64,000 bases of DNA from a virus (taxonomy: Duplodnaviria; Caudoviricetes). The notes beneath the pieces are model-generated. The model did not search any database and was not told where the DNA came from. It saw only the letters and a program-made list of their open reading frames with translations. A program made the translations under genes and the position numbers. Within the stretch, counting starts at the first letter, position 1. Each line of letters opens with the position of its first letter. Location of the stretch: IMG/VR virus record IMGVR_UViG_3300022305_000561, one strand, 5' to 3'. This document shows, piece after piece, positions 1 to 9,783 of the stretch.

Positions 1-2
1 GC

Positions 3-1556
3 GTTGTTTAGCTCATTTACAGTAGCGTATCCAAGCGGCTCTGCGTACACAAACCAACCCCCAACGCCAGTGCGTCTTTTTCTAATCATTAATTGTGGTT
101 TAACGGTTAAATTATGATTTATGGTGTGGTCTGCGCCTGTGCCTGTATCGCAAACCACGTCAAAGAAGCCGGAAGCACGTTTGAAGAAATAATTTATGTA
201 GGTAAATGTGTTCCAGTTGGTTCGATTGCTGGCAGCATTTGCACCAAGCGTTACCCCATCCATATCGTAGGACATGAGCGCGTCGGTATCAGCTAATTCT
301 GCACCCGTGTTACTAGAGAATAAACTCTTATTTGCCCCACGTAGGCGGTCGTAAGCAAGGTTCCCGTTATTGGCACCATTCCGCTGCTGAAACATCACCA
401 TATCTGGTGAAAACCCAACTCCAGCAACCGTAGCCGCAGCACCTGTACCCGTCCGAGCAATCGCATTAAACACCTTAGTCCCATCAGTCGGCACTTTCAT
501 CGGTCCTCTGCGGATGGCTACGTAGATGTACTCTGCAGCAGACATATTATTAGGAACTTGTTGAAACCCAGTAGCAGTGGCAATAACAAAATATCCAGTG
601 TTATTTGCCTCGATATCAATTGCGTTAGCATACAATCTTTTCTGTCCAGAAACAGGTGACCCACCTTTTAACCCATCCCGCATAGAGTCATATAACATCC
701 AATTAGTGTTGCCCGAAGTAGAACTAATGTTTTTCAAAAGAATATATTGAGGCTCCCATCCAAGCGTAATATCAACAGGTGTGGCACCACCTCCTGTGCT
801 TGTAAACGACCCACACTGAACAATCCCATCAGCACTGGGGTTGTGGGCAAATAGATATGCTACGTAGGTTGTTCCATTTGAGTTTGTATATGGGATACTT
901 TCATTTACACCCATTCCTTGAATGAGATATAAAGTTGTGGCGCTGGCTACAGATGCGTCACTGCCTTCATATATGGATGCCGTCGATGTTGTGTTTAAAC
1001 CGAAAGTGATGCCTCCTGGACCATATCCCATAGCAAAGTTACCGTTCGATTTTCGTGCGGCAACCATCCAATCCCCACCGGAGTTCGTGGCTTTGATCAT
1101 AACAAGACCAACGTCACACCCTAGATTATGTGGGAGACGTCTCCCACCACCTCCTGTGCCATCCCCAGTCCAAGTCACTATATCAAAAAACTTAGCTTGC
1201 TTGCGGAATGACCATGAGGCGTAGGTTGATGCATTAGTGTTATAAACTGAGCTATTGGATAGTGAAAACCCAGTCGAGGTAAAAGCTGTTAACCCTGTCG
1301 TCTCTATAGTCTGTCCGGCATTTGAACTTGTAGTAAGAGCGTTAGTTGCACCGCGTACTGTGTCAATTAACTTGTTGTCTGTTGCTCCACTTCTACCTTT
1401 GATCCATACCATCCCGCCTTTACCAGCCAAATCAATCCCATTTGTAATATCTTGGCCTGGGCTGTTACCTGTATATAAATACGTACTAAACACATCCTCA
1501 ACATACAATGGTGTACTAGCACCTGCAGCACTCATCACTATATTCTTAGCACTCAT
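3..1556 (-). CDS. Tail fibre / receptor-binding-like repeat protein (DUF7483-like), 3' end runs off the window
   Basis: Not in the ORF track. ATG at 1556 overlaps the upstream stop (TAATG). Reads MSAKNIVMSAAGASTPLYVEDVFSTYLYTGN...GIDLAGKGGMVWIKGR...FFDIVTWTGDG, with repeated YTG/GF.PD.V..K units. Confidence 0.7.
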   Translation of the reverse strand, partial: MSAKNIVMSAAGASTPLYVEDVFSTYLYTGNSPGQDITNGIDLAGKGGMVWIKGRSGATDNKLIDTVRGATNALTTSSNAGQTIETTGLTAFTSTGFSLSNSSVYNTNASTYASWSFRKQAKFFDIVTWTGDGTGGGGRRLPHNLGCDVGLVMIKATNSGGDWMVAARKSNGNFAMGYGPGGITFGLNTTSTASIYEGSDASVASATTLYLIQGMGVNESIPYTNSNGTTYVAYLFAHNPSADGIVQCGSFTSTGGGATPVDITLGWEPQYILLKNISSTSGNTNWMLYDSMRDGLKGGSPVSGQKRLYANAIDIEANNTGYFVIATATGFQQVPNNMSAAEYIYVAIRRGPMKVPTDGTKVFNAIARTGTGAAATVAGVGFSPDMVMFQQRNGANNGNLAYDRLRGANKSLFSSNTGAELADTDALMSYDMDGVTLGANAASNRTNWNTFTYINYFFKRASGFFDVVCDTGTGADHTINHNLTVKPQLMIRKRRTGVGGWFVYAEPLGYATVNELNN

Positions 1557-2452
1557 TATTTGATGTCCTTAGCAAGAACCAACCCACTCCAAGTTGTTCC
1601 ACCATCGTGCGTGAAGAATCCTAACACATCTCTTCCTGCAGAAGTCAATGTGGGAGCAGTGCCAGCTGCCCATTTCATACCAGACCACCAAGTGACGGCA
1701 TATGCCCCACCATTGGTCAAGTCGATGATGAAGGAAGCAACCGTACCAGTCACAGGAACATTCGACACAGTCAATGTTGATATGGCAGAGATAGTCTTGC
1801 TGAAATAGTTGCCCAAGGAAATGTCTATATTAAGAGCAGCTATTGCTACTTTAGTTTCTTTTAATGACACAACATTTAGTGCTGAAACAACAACATTATA
1901 TGCTCCAGAAAAAGTAATATCTCCATTCATTACCCAACTTTTAGCATTAGCAGTATATATATTACCATTATTTAAGTACAATCCATAATTAGAAGATCCG
2001 CCTGTTGCATCACCATATAAACCAACATTCAAACCACCAACATGAGTATCGTTTGAATATCCTCTTACACCTATAGCAGATCCAACATCTGTTGTAGCAG
2101 ATACATGAGCCTCTCCAACAACACCACCAGATCTAGTAGTTGCACTGGTATAACCAACACCATAAAGTCCAATACCATAAACATTAGCATCGCTAGAGTG
2201 AGCAGTTGCTTCTGCCATCAACCCTATATTATGACTTTCACTATGCTGAATGCCAGATAATGTAGCAGAAATTACAACATTTGTGCTTGGAAATCTTGCA
2301 GCAGTTGCTTGAGCGCCTATTAATACCTTTTGAGAAGCATCAATTGCAATAGCAGATACACCATTTGTTTGGAGTTGTAGTATACCAGAAGCATCAGCAG
2401 ATGTGGCAAGACCACCTGCCCCAGTTGAGATTGCATTTATAGATGAAGCCAT
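1556..2452 (-). CDS. Tail fibre-associated structural protein
   Basis: Gly-rich GxYG beta-repeats; C-terminal LTNGG..W..GTAPTLT..GRDVL domain common in phage fibres. Confidence 0.65.
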   Translation of the reverse strand: MASSINAISTGAGGLATSADASGILQLQTNGVSAIAIDASQKVLIGAQATAARFPSTNVVISATLSGIQHSESHNIGLMAEATAHSSDANVYGIGLYGVGYTSATTRSGGVVGEAHVSATTDVGSAIGVRGYSNDTHVGGLNVGLYGDATGGSSNYGLYLNNGNIYTANAKSWVMNGDITFSGAYNVVVSALNVVSLKETKVAIAALNIDISLGNYFSKTISAISTLTVSNVPVTGTVASFIIDLTNGGAYAVTWWSGMKWAAGTAPTLTSAGRDVLGFFTHDGGTTWSGLVLAKDIK

Positions 2453-2479
2453 ATTATTACCCTATTCTGATATTTGTCA

Positions 2480-2938
2480 TTATAGCACAACCCAACGTGA
2501 GCCAGATGGAATTGTAACAGTAGCACCAACACCGATGGTCATTGGTCCAGTACACATTGCATTTTTATTTGATGATATTGTGTAGCTTGATGTAATGGTT
2601 TTGCTATTCTCAAAGAACACAGAATCGCCAACGCCACCAGTTGCACCACCACCTATTGATCCCCAAGCAGATCCGCTATATCCCTCGAACTGATTCAAGG
2701 TGCTATTGTATCGCATATGACCAGTTAATGGAGTTAATGGTCTATCTGAAGTTAATCCGACAGGCAACTTTAGTGCGGTTACTGATGTATTTGATAGATT
2801 GCCAGATACGATCAGATTACCTGAGATCGTACCGCCAGTTGCATCTAGTTTGTCGTTATTTAAATTTGAAAAGTTAGCATCTACTTCAGCAACAGTAAGA
2901 GGAGTTCCTTTCACTTGCCTTAGAACTATTGTTGACAT
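2480..2938 (-). CDS. Short tail-fibre-like protein
   Basis: N-terminal KGTPLTVAEVDANFSNLN, RYNSTLNQFEGY..W motif, C-terminal GP.TI..GATVTIPSGSRWVVL. Confidence 0.7.
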   Translation of the reverse strand: MSTIVLRQVKGTPLTVAEVDANFSNLNNDKLDATGGTISGNLIVSGNLSNTSVTALKLPVGLTSDRPLTPLTGHMRYNSTLNQFEGYSGSAWGSIGGGATGGVGDSVFFENSKTITSSYTISSNKNAMCTGPMTIGVGATVTIPSGSRWVVL

Positions 2939-3144
2939 TATGATTCCTTATTTAGTAATTTGGTGAGTAACATTTTGATATCATCCATATCTTTCTTTAT
3001 AGTATTTATGTCAGATTCCATATCCACTAGTTTGGATGTAGTTTTCTTCTGAGCCATATACTTAGCATACCCTGATTTATCAACATCCACCACCAATCCA
3101 GAATTAGTCTTTGCTAGATTGGGGTGATTTTCGACTTGATTCAT
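2938..3144 (-). CDS. Small coiled-coil protein conserved downstream of DUF4815 genes in T4-like phages
   Basis: V.NHPNL.K...G.V motif and C-terminal coiled coil; translationally coupled. Confidence 0.6.
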   Translation of the reverse strand: MNQVENHPNLAKTNSGLVVDVDKSGYAKYMAQKKTTSKLVDMESDINTIKKDMDDIKMLLTKLLNKES

Positions 3145-6100
3145 TATGCTAATGCCACAATTCTAAAGTCTCTCATTCTTGGAATTTTATTAGTGTTGGT
3201 TGATGTATATACAATCTTAACTGATATTGTATCAAATGGGGACAACCCTAATAGATGAATACTGCCCTCATTCAATTCTGTTTTGGTATCACTTGATACT
3301 AAGGTAGAATCAAAAGGTGCTTTGATATAAGGTAAGTTTTTAGCTATTGAACTGTCGCTTGCATTTGATATTTTGTAGTATATTTCTATATCAGCTACAG
3401 GAGGTTTATTGTATATGAAAAACAACTTAAATGATGTAGATGAGTTTGCAAATGTTAGTTCTTTTGAAACATATTTAGCTAAAGTTGTGCTGTTGGTTGG
3501 AGTTATTTCATCTCTGTATCTTCTTCCCCATAACATAGTCAAAGCAGATGGACTTTCTGTTACAAGGGCTTCACCCACAGTAAAATATGAATTGTCGGCT
3601 GCTATACTTGTTATTAGATGGATACCATTATTAGCTGCATTAGAACATCCTGTTACACTAACATAAGATCCAACAATAAATGTAGATATATTAGATTGAA
3701 TACCAGCATTAGCAGTATTGAAGCTGTTGTTAGTTGAGCTTACAGTTATTAAGCTTGAAGATGAAGCAACGCTATCAAAATCAATATCAGATACGTTATA
3801 TGCATTTGATGGATTGTCTATTCTATTTCCAGTAGTCACAACACTCAATCGGTGAGTATCAATCATTGGTGATAAGAAATCACTAGTTGATGATAAAGAT
3901 GCATTTAGTTTAAACGATGCCCCATTAGTAGATTCATTATCTGGACTCATAACTAATATTGTTTCGTTTGTATCAATAGCAAAATTATTGGGTAATGGTG
4001 CTAATGTACTATACACAGTTGGTGAAGTATTACTTCTACCTTGATATGTATATTTGATATCAGTACCAATAGGTTTTAACTCTTGTATGATAGTTTGTAT
4101 GTTATCAACCCTTACATTTTTAGAAATGGATAATGATGGGTCAATAATATTACCTGAGAACAATGCTGCAGAAGCAACAGTAACAGTAAATGTATCTAAG
4201 TCACAAGCAACTACAGTGAATGTTCCTGTTAGTTCTGCACTAGTTAGACCATAATATGGAGCTTCAGAAGCAATACCTGTTCCAGTTCCAACTGCTGTTG
4301 CAACAAACTTAACCCCTAGTGTATTTGCACTTGCTCCTATAGAAGTCCAAGTTGTTGTTCCTACAGTGGTTATGACATAAGTCTTTCCTGATACAATAGA
4401 AGTTGCTCCAATAGCAACATTTGATGCCGTAATATTTGCAAATGATACAGGTTGACCAATAGAGAATCCGTGATTCATTAAATATGTTCGAACTGTAGTA
4501 GCCCCAGCATATGTTTGTATAGCACCATAAGGAGTTGCTTTATTTTTTAATGGGGAATTCCTAAATGCAATATTTGGATTTACATCAGCATTAAACTTAG
4601 CTCTATATAAATTAAATGTTAAATCTTGATTTTGATCTTCTGTCCAAGTAGTAGCATTTTGAGATTTGAATAAAGTACCCATCAATGGTTGAGATGATAC
4701 CATGCCCATACCATTAATAGTGCTATCTTTCATATAAGAAGTCCAAACATTATATTTGAACGAGTCGCTCTTAATGAAAATACAATAGTCTGTCAATCCT
4801 TTTAGGAATACTGGTGCTTTAAAGTTGATTCTAGTAGGAGTATCTGCTGCTGCTACTTCTTTACCGTTTGCATCAATTACAATATTTGGTGATATCTGAA
4901 CATCATAAGCAGCAACTGTAGTTTTGCTCAAATCTACTTCGTTCGGTCCTGGGAAACCATTTACTAAATCTATTATAGAAACATAGACAGGTAATGTAGT
5001 ATCTTTTGATGAAAAAAACAAATCCAACCCAGTAACGAAAACTCCAGTTTCTTCGTGAACAAAAAAACTATATGCTAATGGTTCTACGTGAGGCATTTGA
5101 TTTAATTGTGCTACAGTGGTTAATCCTGAAATAGTTTGTACCGTAGCAGCTGAAACGAGAACTTGACTAGAAACGTTTGCATAAGTGGTTTGTGATGTAG
5201 TATATGCCTCTTGGCGACTAGAAACATTTCTTATGGTAGTAATAGTTGGTTGTATTGTGTTTAATGTGCCACTTGAAGTAAAATTAACCGAACCCCAAGA
5301 ATCTGCTTGTAAATCTGAAGAAGTAGAAGTAGAGAATGTTAGTTTTTTTAAACCAGCTGTGAATTTATCAACACTATCATTAGTAATATTAAACAACCCC
5401 ATCAGATTTCCATATGGTGATGCTATTGCTAAACTTGGGGTATTGATAGAATATATTGTACCAACACTAGATGAGATTGACCCAGTTACCGTATGTCCTG
5501 TACTAAATGTACCTATAACATTAACAACAAATAGTTTTAAGTAATATGTGCTACCTATGATGGGTGCCATCTCATAACCAATAAGAACCCCAGTTGCTCC
5601 AGAGGTATTGTCTAAGATGATATCGCCAGTAGACAAGGTATTTACTGGATTGTTTGCTATAGTTCTTGCAACAGCAGATATTCCTGATCCAACATCAGTG
5701 GTATTGTCAAATACAACAGCACTAGATGCTAAAGATATGATGATCTCTGTTGCGGGTATGATGTGGCTGGTAACCTCAATTCCATCAAAATAACTATTGA
5801 ATGTAGCATTAGGTTTAAATCCTGAACCTTTGTATGACACATAAATGCTTCTCATATAAGGAATCACACTTTGTGTAGTAGATGATGATCTTTGGTCTGT
5901 ATATGTTATATCCTGAACAGTTCTATACTGAGTCACTGAAGTTGTAGTAGGAACAGAAGTAGTTACTGTGCTATATACAGCAGGAACTGGAACATTTGTA
6001 GTAGTAGGTTTTTGCCAAGTGACATTAATTGTAGCGTTATCGTGCCCAGCATCTGGGTTATTTGGTGGAGTGTATGTTACATTTGAACTTACTTGATAAT

Positions 6101-6401
6101 CAGTGCCATTTGCTACGTTGTATTGGCTGGTTGCAGATGCAAAAAAAGCATCTGTATACGCCTGTATCTCTTGTCTTACTGTACCGTCATTGATGGTAGA
6201 TTGAACAGCAGCAGTGTTGTCGTTTGCAGCAACTACCATCAACGACTGATAAGCATCACCTATCCAAGCCGCGTTAGTTTCTACACCTTGTCTTAATGTT
6301 TCCCATTCTATCGGCAATCCAGCAGCGGTTGCAGATGCTATTAGTGCATCTAGAACTGCTGTATCTTTTACTTCTTGTGAATATCTATCAACTATGTCCA
6401 T
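3144..6401 (-). CDS. Virion structural protein, C-terminal half of DUF4815/VrlC-like baseplate protein
   Basis: IPYMRS..F, PLAYSF, GTLFKSQNATTWT..QNQDL.F.LYRAKF, C-terminal PRMRDFRIVALA. Confidence 0.8.
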   Translation of the reverse strand: MDIVDRYSQEVKDTAVLDALIASATAAGLPIEWETLRQGVETNAAWIGDAYQSLMVVAANDNTAAVQSTINDGTVRQEIQAYTDAFFASATSQYNVANGTDYQVSSNVTYTPPNNPDAGHDNATINVTWQKPTTTNVPVPAVYSTVTTSVPTTTSVTQYRTVQDITYTDQRSSSTTQSVIPYMRSIYVSYKGSGFKPNATFNSYFDGIEVTSHIIPATEIIISLASSAVVFDNTTDVGSGISAVARTIANNPVNTLSTGDIILDNTSGATGVLIGYEMAPIIGSTYYLKLFVVNVIGTFSTGHTVTGSISSSVGTIYSINTPSLAIASPYGNLMGLFNITNDSVDKFTAGLKKLTFSTSTSSDLQADSWGSVNFTSSGTLNTIQPTITTIRNVSSRQEAYTTSQTTYANVSSQVLVSAATVQTISGLTTVAQLNQMPHVEPLAYSFFVHEETGVFVTGLDLFFSSKDTTLPVYVSIIDLVNGFPGPNEVDLSKTTVAAYDVQISPNIVIDANGKEVAAADTPTRINFKAPVFLKGLTDYCIFIKSDSFKYNVWTSYMKDSTINGMGMVSSQPLMGTLFKSQNATTWTEDQNQDLTFNLYRAKFNADVNPNIAFRNSPLKNKATPYGAIQTYAGATTVRTYLMNHGFSIGQPVSFANITASNVAIGATSIVSGKTYVITTVGTTTWTSIGASANTLGVKFVATAVGTGTGIASEAPYYGLTSAELTGTFTVVACDLDTFTVTVASAALFSGNIIDPSLSISKNVRVDNIQTIIQELKPIGTDIKYTYQGRSNTSPTVYSTLAPLPNNFAIDTNETILVMSPDNESTNGASFKLNASLSSTSDFLSPMIDTHRLSVVTTGNRIDNPSNAYNVSDIDFDSVASSSSLITVSSTNNSFNTANAGIQSNISTFIVGSYVSVTGCSNAANNGIHLITSIAADNSYFTVGEALVTESPSALTMLWGRRYRDEITPTNSTTLAKYVSKELTFANSSTSFKLFFIYNKPPVADIEIYYKISNASDSSIAKNLPYIKAPFDSTLVSSDTKTELNEGSIHLLGLSPFDTISVKIVYTSTNTNKIPRMRDFRIVALA

Positions 6402-6410
6402 TTTTATATC

Positions 6411-9400
6411 CTATGCTGTTTTATTTATGGTTGGTAGAGTGATTGTGTCATACCAAACATCGCTACTTGGGGCAAGAGCTAAGTTGCCATAAAATGTAGC
6501 TATAGCAAAAGGATTAACATTTTCGACTCTTGAAGCAAACGGATTATTTATGTAGCTAACTTCTGTATATGGTAAGGTAATTATACCATCATTTGTCACA
6601 TAGTTGTTGGCAGTTCTTTCTGAATCTAACACATTAACTTCTGATAACAAGACAGACTCTTGATAGTGTGGAGGATACAACTCGCCCGATGAACTATTTA
6701 TAAAGCAATTATAATCAACATTAGCCACATCTCCTGTGCCGTGATCCGAAAAGGATTCAACAATAAAACCATTTTTATACATATCAACGCCATCTTGATC
6801 GGCAATTGACAAATTGGTTGTTTGTTGTTCAATTAAGGAGAGCGATACATAATATTCAAGGTTTGATATACGCTTATCGAGTTTAGCAATATCCTTCATT
6901 GTATATCTAGCATTAGATACTGGCGATAATACAACCGTTCTATTAACATCAGCACCATATGGATAGTTAGCTATGATATATAACAACATTGAGGTGTTAG
7001 GTATATTTGGTGGGATAGGTTTCAGCCCAGAAGTACCGTTCAATAATGTAATAGATTTATTAGGGTTAAGGACAACAACATCAACTCTAGGTAAGTAGTA
7101 TGAATAGTCAACATTGATGTTATATCCACTCTTCAAGATTCCAGCAGAGGCAGTATCAAATCCAATTCCGTTATCGTTCCTTACTGGTCTAAAATCTAAT
7201 GTGTCTCTTAATTTTGCTTCTATATTCCCATAAGGGATAGCGTTAGTATACGAATCTACATTAAAATAATCGCCTGCACCATGACTAAAGTATTCAAAAG
7301 AGATTCGGATAGAACCTATAATTTTAATCTCTGGATTAATTCTACTAATGTTACCTAAACCATAAATCAATCCAGTTTGACCAGAATCAAACCTAAATAA
7401 GTTTGTTATATCAACATTGGCTGGATTTGAAGAATTGATGGCACCAAAAGCATAGGCTTGTTTTACTGCTATTATTCTATAACAATCTGCCTTACCTAAT
7501 GATATATTAGACATAGTTGCAGCAGCAGAAGTTGTCATATCTATAGATAATATAGTTTTTGTTTTTGTTCTTGGTGAGGCAGTTTTAACAACAGCAGCAA
7601 ATACTGTATATGATGTTGATGGGGTAAGTCCATTAGCATATATTGAGGTATTGCTATTTACTGTATATGATGATGGAACTTGAACCGACCCTGAAGTATT
7701 ATTGACAAACATAAAGTTTGTGCTGTTGCTAGTTGGCTCAAAAGATTCGAAAGGATTAGTCAATGACATATCAACACGACCAGCAACGCTGCTTGTGATA
7801 TTACCTAAAGCTCTTGTAATATTATAACTTATGTCTATAGTAGCATCATCAGAACCTTTTACTGACCTGATGAACTTATTGGGTAAACCAACAACTGCAC
7901 TATTATTTACATTATTATTAACATTAGCACGAGTTACGACAGCAATACTAGCAGTTGTTGTCAATGAAGCGGAAATTGTAATAGAATTATTGCTTACTAT
8001 AGTCAAAACTTTGAAGTAATTGATACTATTAACTGTGATATAATCATTCACTGCCAATTCCGTTGCAAACAGAGTACCAATTCCTGTTACTGTAGTGCCA
8101 GCAGATGTAACTGATCCTGTGAGGGTAATATTGGCTGGAACTATATCACAAGTAAAATCAAGACCTGATGTGTTATTACAATATATCTGCTTTGCGTTTT
8201 TCTCGAATGTGTATCCTGAAAGCATAGCAATATCATAAACATACAATCTATAATTTGCAGAACCGCTGTCATGTTCTAACCATCTGACTGTAGCAGTACC
8301 AACCTTAGTTCCTACTGCTGTTCCGCCAGATACTGTATAATTATTATACAAATCAACTGATACAAAATCTGTCCCCAACCCTAATGGAGTTGAATACATA
8401 TTTCTAACTAATATGTAAGTGCCATCATATACATTAACAGTGACATTATTTGAACGGGAAAAATCTCTTGCTTTGGTATTTGATAATCTTAGGATACCTG
8501 TCTTTGTATATTCATATCCTTGAACAAAAGCAGAACCTTCTGATAACTCAACAACATATTTTGTGCTATCCCCATCAGGATATAATCCATTATTAATAAA
8601 AACAGATTCTGCATATTCCCACTTTGCAGTTCCATCTATAAATGGACTAGAAAATGTTGTAGTATATGAGGGAGAAGATGATCCAGAAGTTCCTGCTTGA
8701 ACGCACTTGTATCGATATATGATACCTCCAACAAGAGCATATACTACATCATCCATTTGATAAGGTGTGCTTGGCAACCTAATCCCTAAAGAATTCTTTC
8801 TATGTTCTCTCAATGCTGCATTGAAGTTTTTAACTATATAATCTCCAGACTCATCATAAGTTCTTTTAGCTAGAGTTACTTCTAATTCATTATATGAAGG
8901 CATATTCTGTGATATTATAACCTCACCAGAATTTATAGACAATAGTTCAACGAAATTGGCGGGTGGTGTAGTATAACTAACCATCTCAAAAGAAGTTGAT
9001 ATTGAATATCTATCTGCACCAGGAGCAGAATAGTTTGGAGTACCTTGAGCATTGTCTAATAAAGATTCGTCAGTAGTATATTCAATGATATTCTCAGCCC
9101 AAACTATACCAACCTTTGCTGTGGGTTGTAAAGATGATAAAGAACTAGAATTAACATACTTTGCCACAACTATATTAGTATATGCAACATCTACAAAATA
9201 TCCATTGATATAATAGATACCAGAACCTATAGAAGCAATAGATCCTTTACCAGTAGAATTTGTTGTTGATGCTAATACTTCATATATGGTTTCATTACCT
9301 GTGGCAATATTAGATATTGATTCACTATTTAGAAATACAGAACTTGTTGAGCCAGATGAAATATATCTTAGATATAATGTAATTGGGTCTGTGGCGGTGG

Positions 9401-9746
9401 ATGGTTCTGCGTGTATGACAACAGCAGTAACCCCTGAAGTAGCTCCCTTTACTACAGTTCCTTCTAATAAACTTGCAAAGCTTGCAACAGTATTAGATGA
9501 TGAGTTGGTATTTTGAATAGTTACATAAGACATATCATTATTAAACAATATGTTTCCTGGAACGACAACGGATCCTTCTTTAAATAGATGTTTGCCAATA
9601 CTATTTACTTGATTTTGTAAAATAGATTGAGTTTGATTCAACTCTCTAGTTTGGACAGAATAACCAGGTTTAAAAAGAACCTTTTGAAAATTCTTTGATG
9701 CTTCAAAATCATCATAGTAAGGTTCTACGTTAAAATTCATTGTCAT
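6411..9746 (-). CDS. Virion structural protein, N-terminal half of DUF4815/VrlC-like protein
   Basis: NFNVEPYYDDF...VLFKPGYSVQTRELNQ.Q, APGADRY, RTYDESGDY, RYTMKDIAKLDKRISNLEYY. Confidence 0.85.
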   Translation of the reverse strand: MTMNFNVEPYYDDFEASKNFQKVLFKPGYSVQTRELNQTQSILQNQVNSIGKHLFKEGSVVVPGNILFNNDMSYVTIQNTNSSSNTVASFASLLEGTVVKGATSGVTAVVIHAEPSTATDPITLYLRYISSGSTSSVFLNSESISNIATGNETIYEVLASTTNSTGKGSIASIGSGIYYINGYFVDVAYTNIVVAKYVNSSSLSSLQPTAKVGIVWAENIIEYTTDESLLDNAQGTPNYSAPGADRYSISTSFEMVSYTTPPANFVELLSINSGEVIISQNMPSYNELEVTLAKRTYDESGDYIVKNFNAALREHRKNSLGIRLPSTPYQMDDVVYALVGGIIYRYKCVQAGTSGSSSPSYTTTFSSPFIDGTAKWEYAESVFINNGLYPDGDSTKYVVELSEGSAFVQGYEYTKTGILRLSNTKARDFSRSNNVTVNVYDGTYILVRNMYSTPLGLGTDFVSVDLYNNYTVSGGTAVGTKVGTATVRWLEHDSGSANYRLYVYDIAMLSGYTFEKNAKQIYCNNTSGLDFTCDIVPANITLTGSVTSAGTTVTGIGTLFATELAVNDYITVNSINYFKVLTIVSNNSITISASLTTTASIAVVTRANVNNNVNNSAVVGLPNKFIRSVKGSDDATIDISYNITRALGNITSSVAGRVDMSLTNPFESFEPTSNSTNFMFVNNTSGSVQVPSSYTVNSNTSIYANGLTPSTSYTVFAAVVKTASPRTKTKTILSIDMTTSAAATMSNISLGKADCYRIIAVKQAYAFGAINSSNPANVDITNLFRFDSGQTGLIYGLGNISRINPEIKIIGSIRISFEYFSHGAGDYFNVDSYTNAIPYGNIEAKLRDTLDFRPVRNDNGIGFDTASAGILKSGYNINVDYSYYLPRVDVVVLNPNKSITLLNGTSGLKPIPPNIPNTSMLLYIIANYPYGADVNRTVVLSPVSNARYTMKDIAKLDKRISNLEYYVSLSLIEQQTTNLSIADQDGVDMYKNGFIVESFSDHGTGDVANVDYNCFINSSSGELYPPHYQESVLLSEVNVLDSERTANNYVTNDGIITLPYTEVSYINNPFASRVENVNPFAIATFYGNLALAPSSDVWYDTITLPTINKTA

Positions 9747-9783
9747 AACTTTATACTCTTATCATTATTGTTATAGTTATTTA

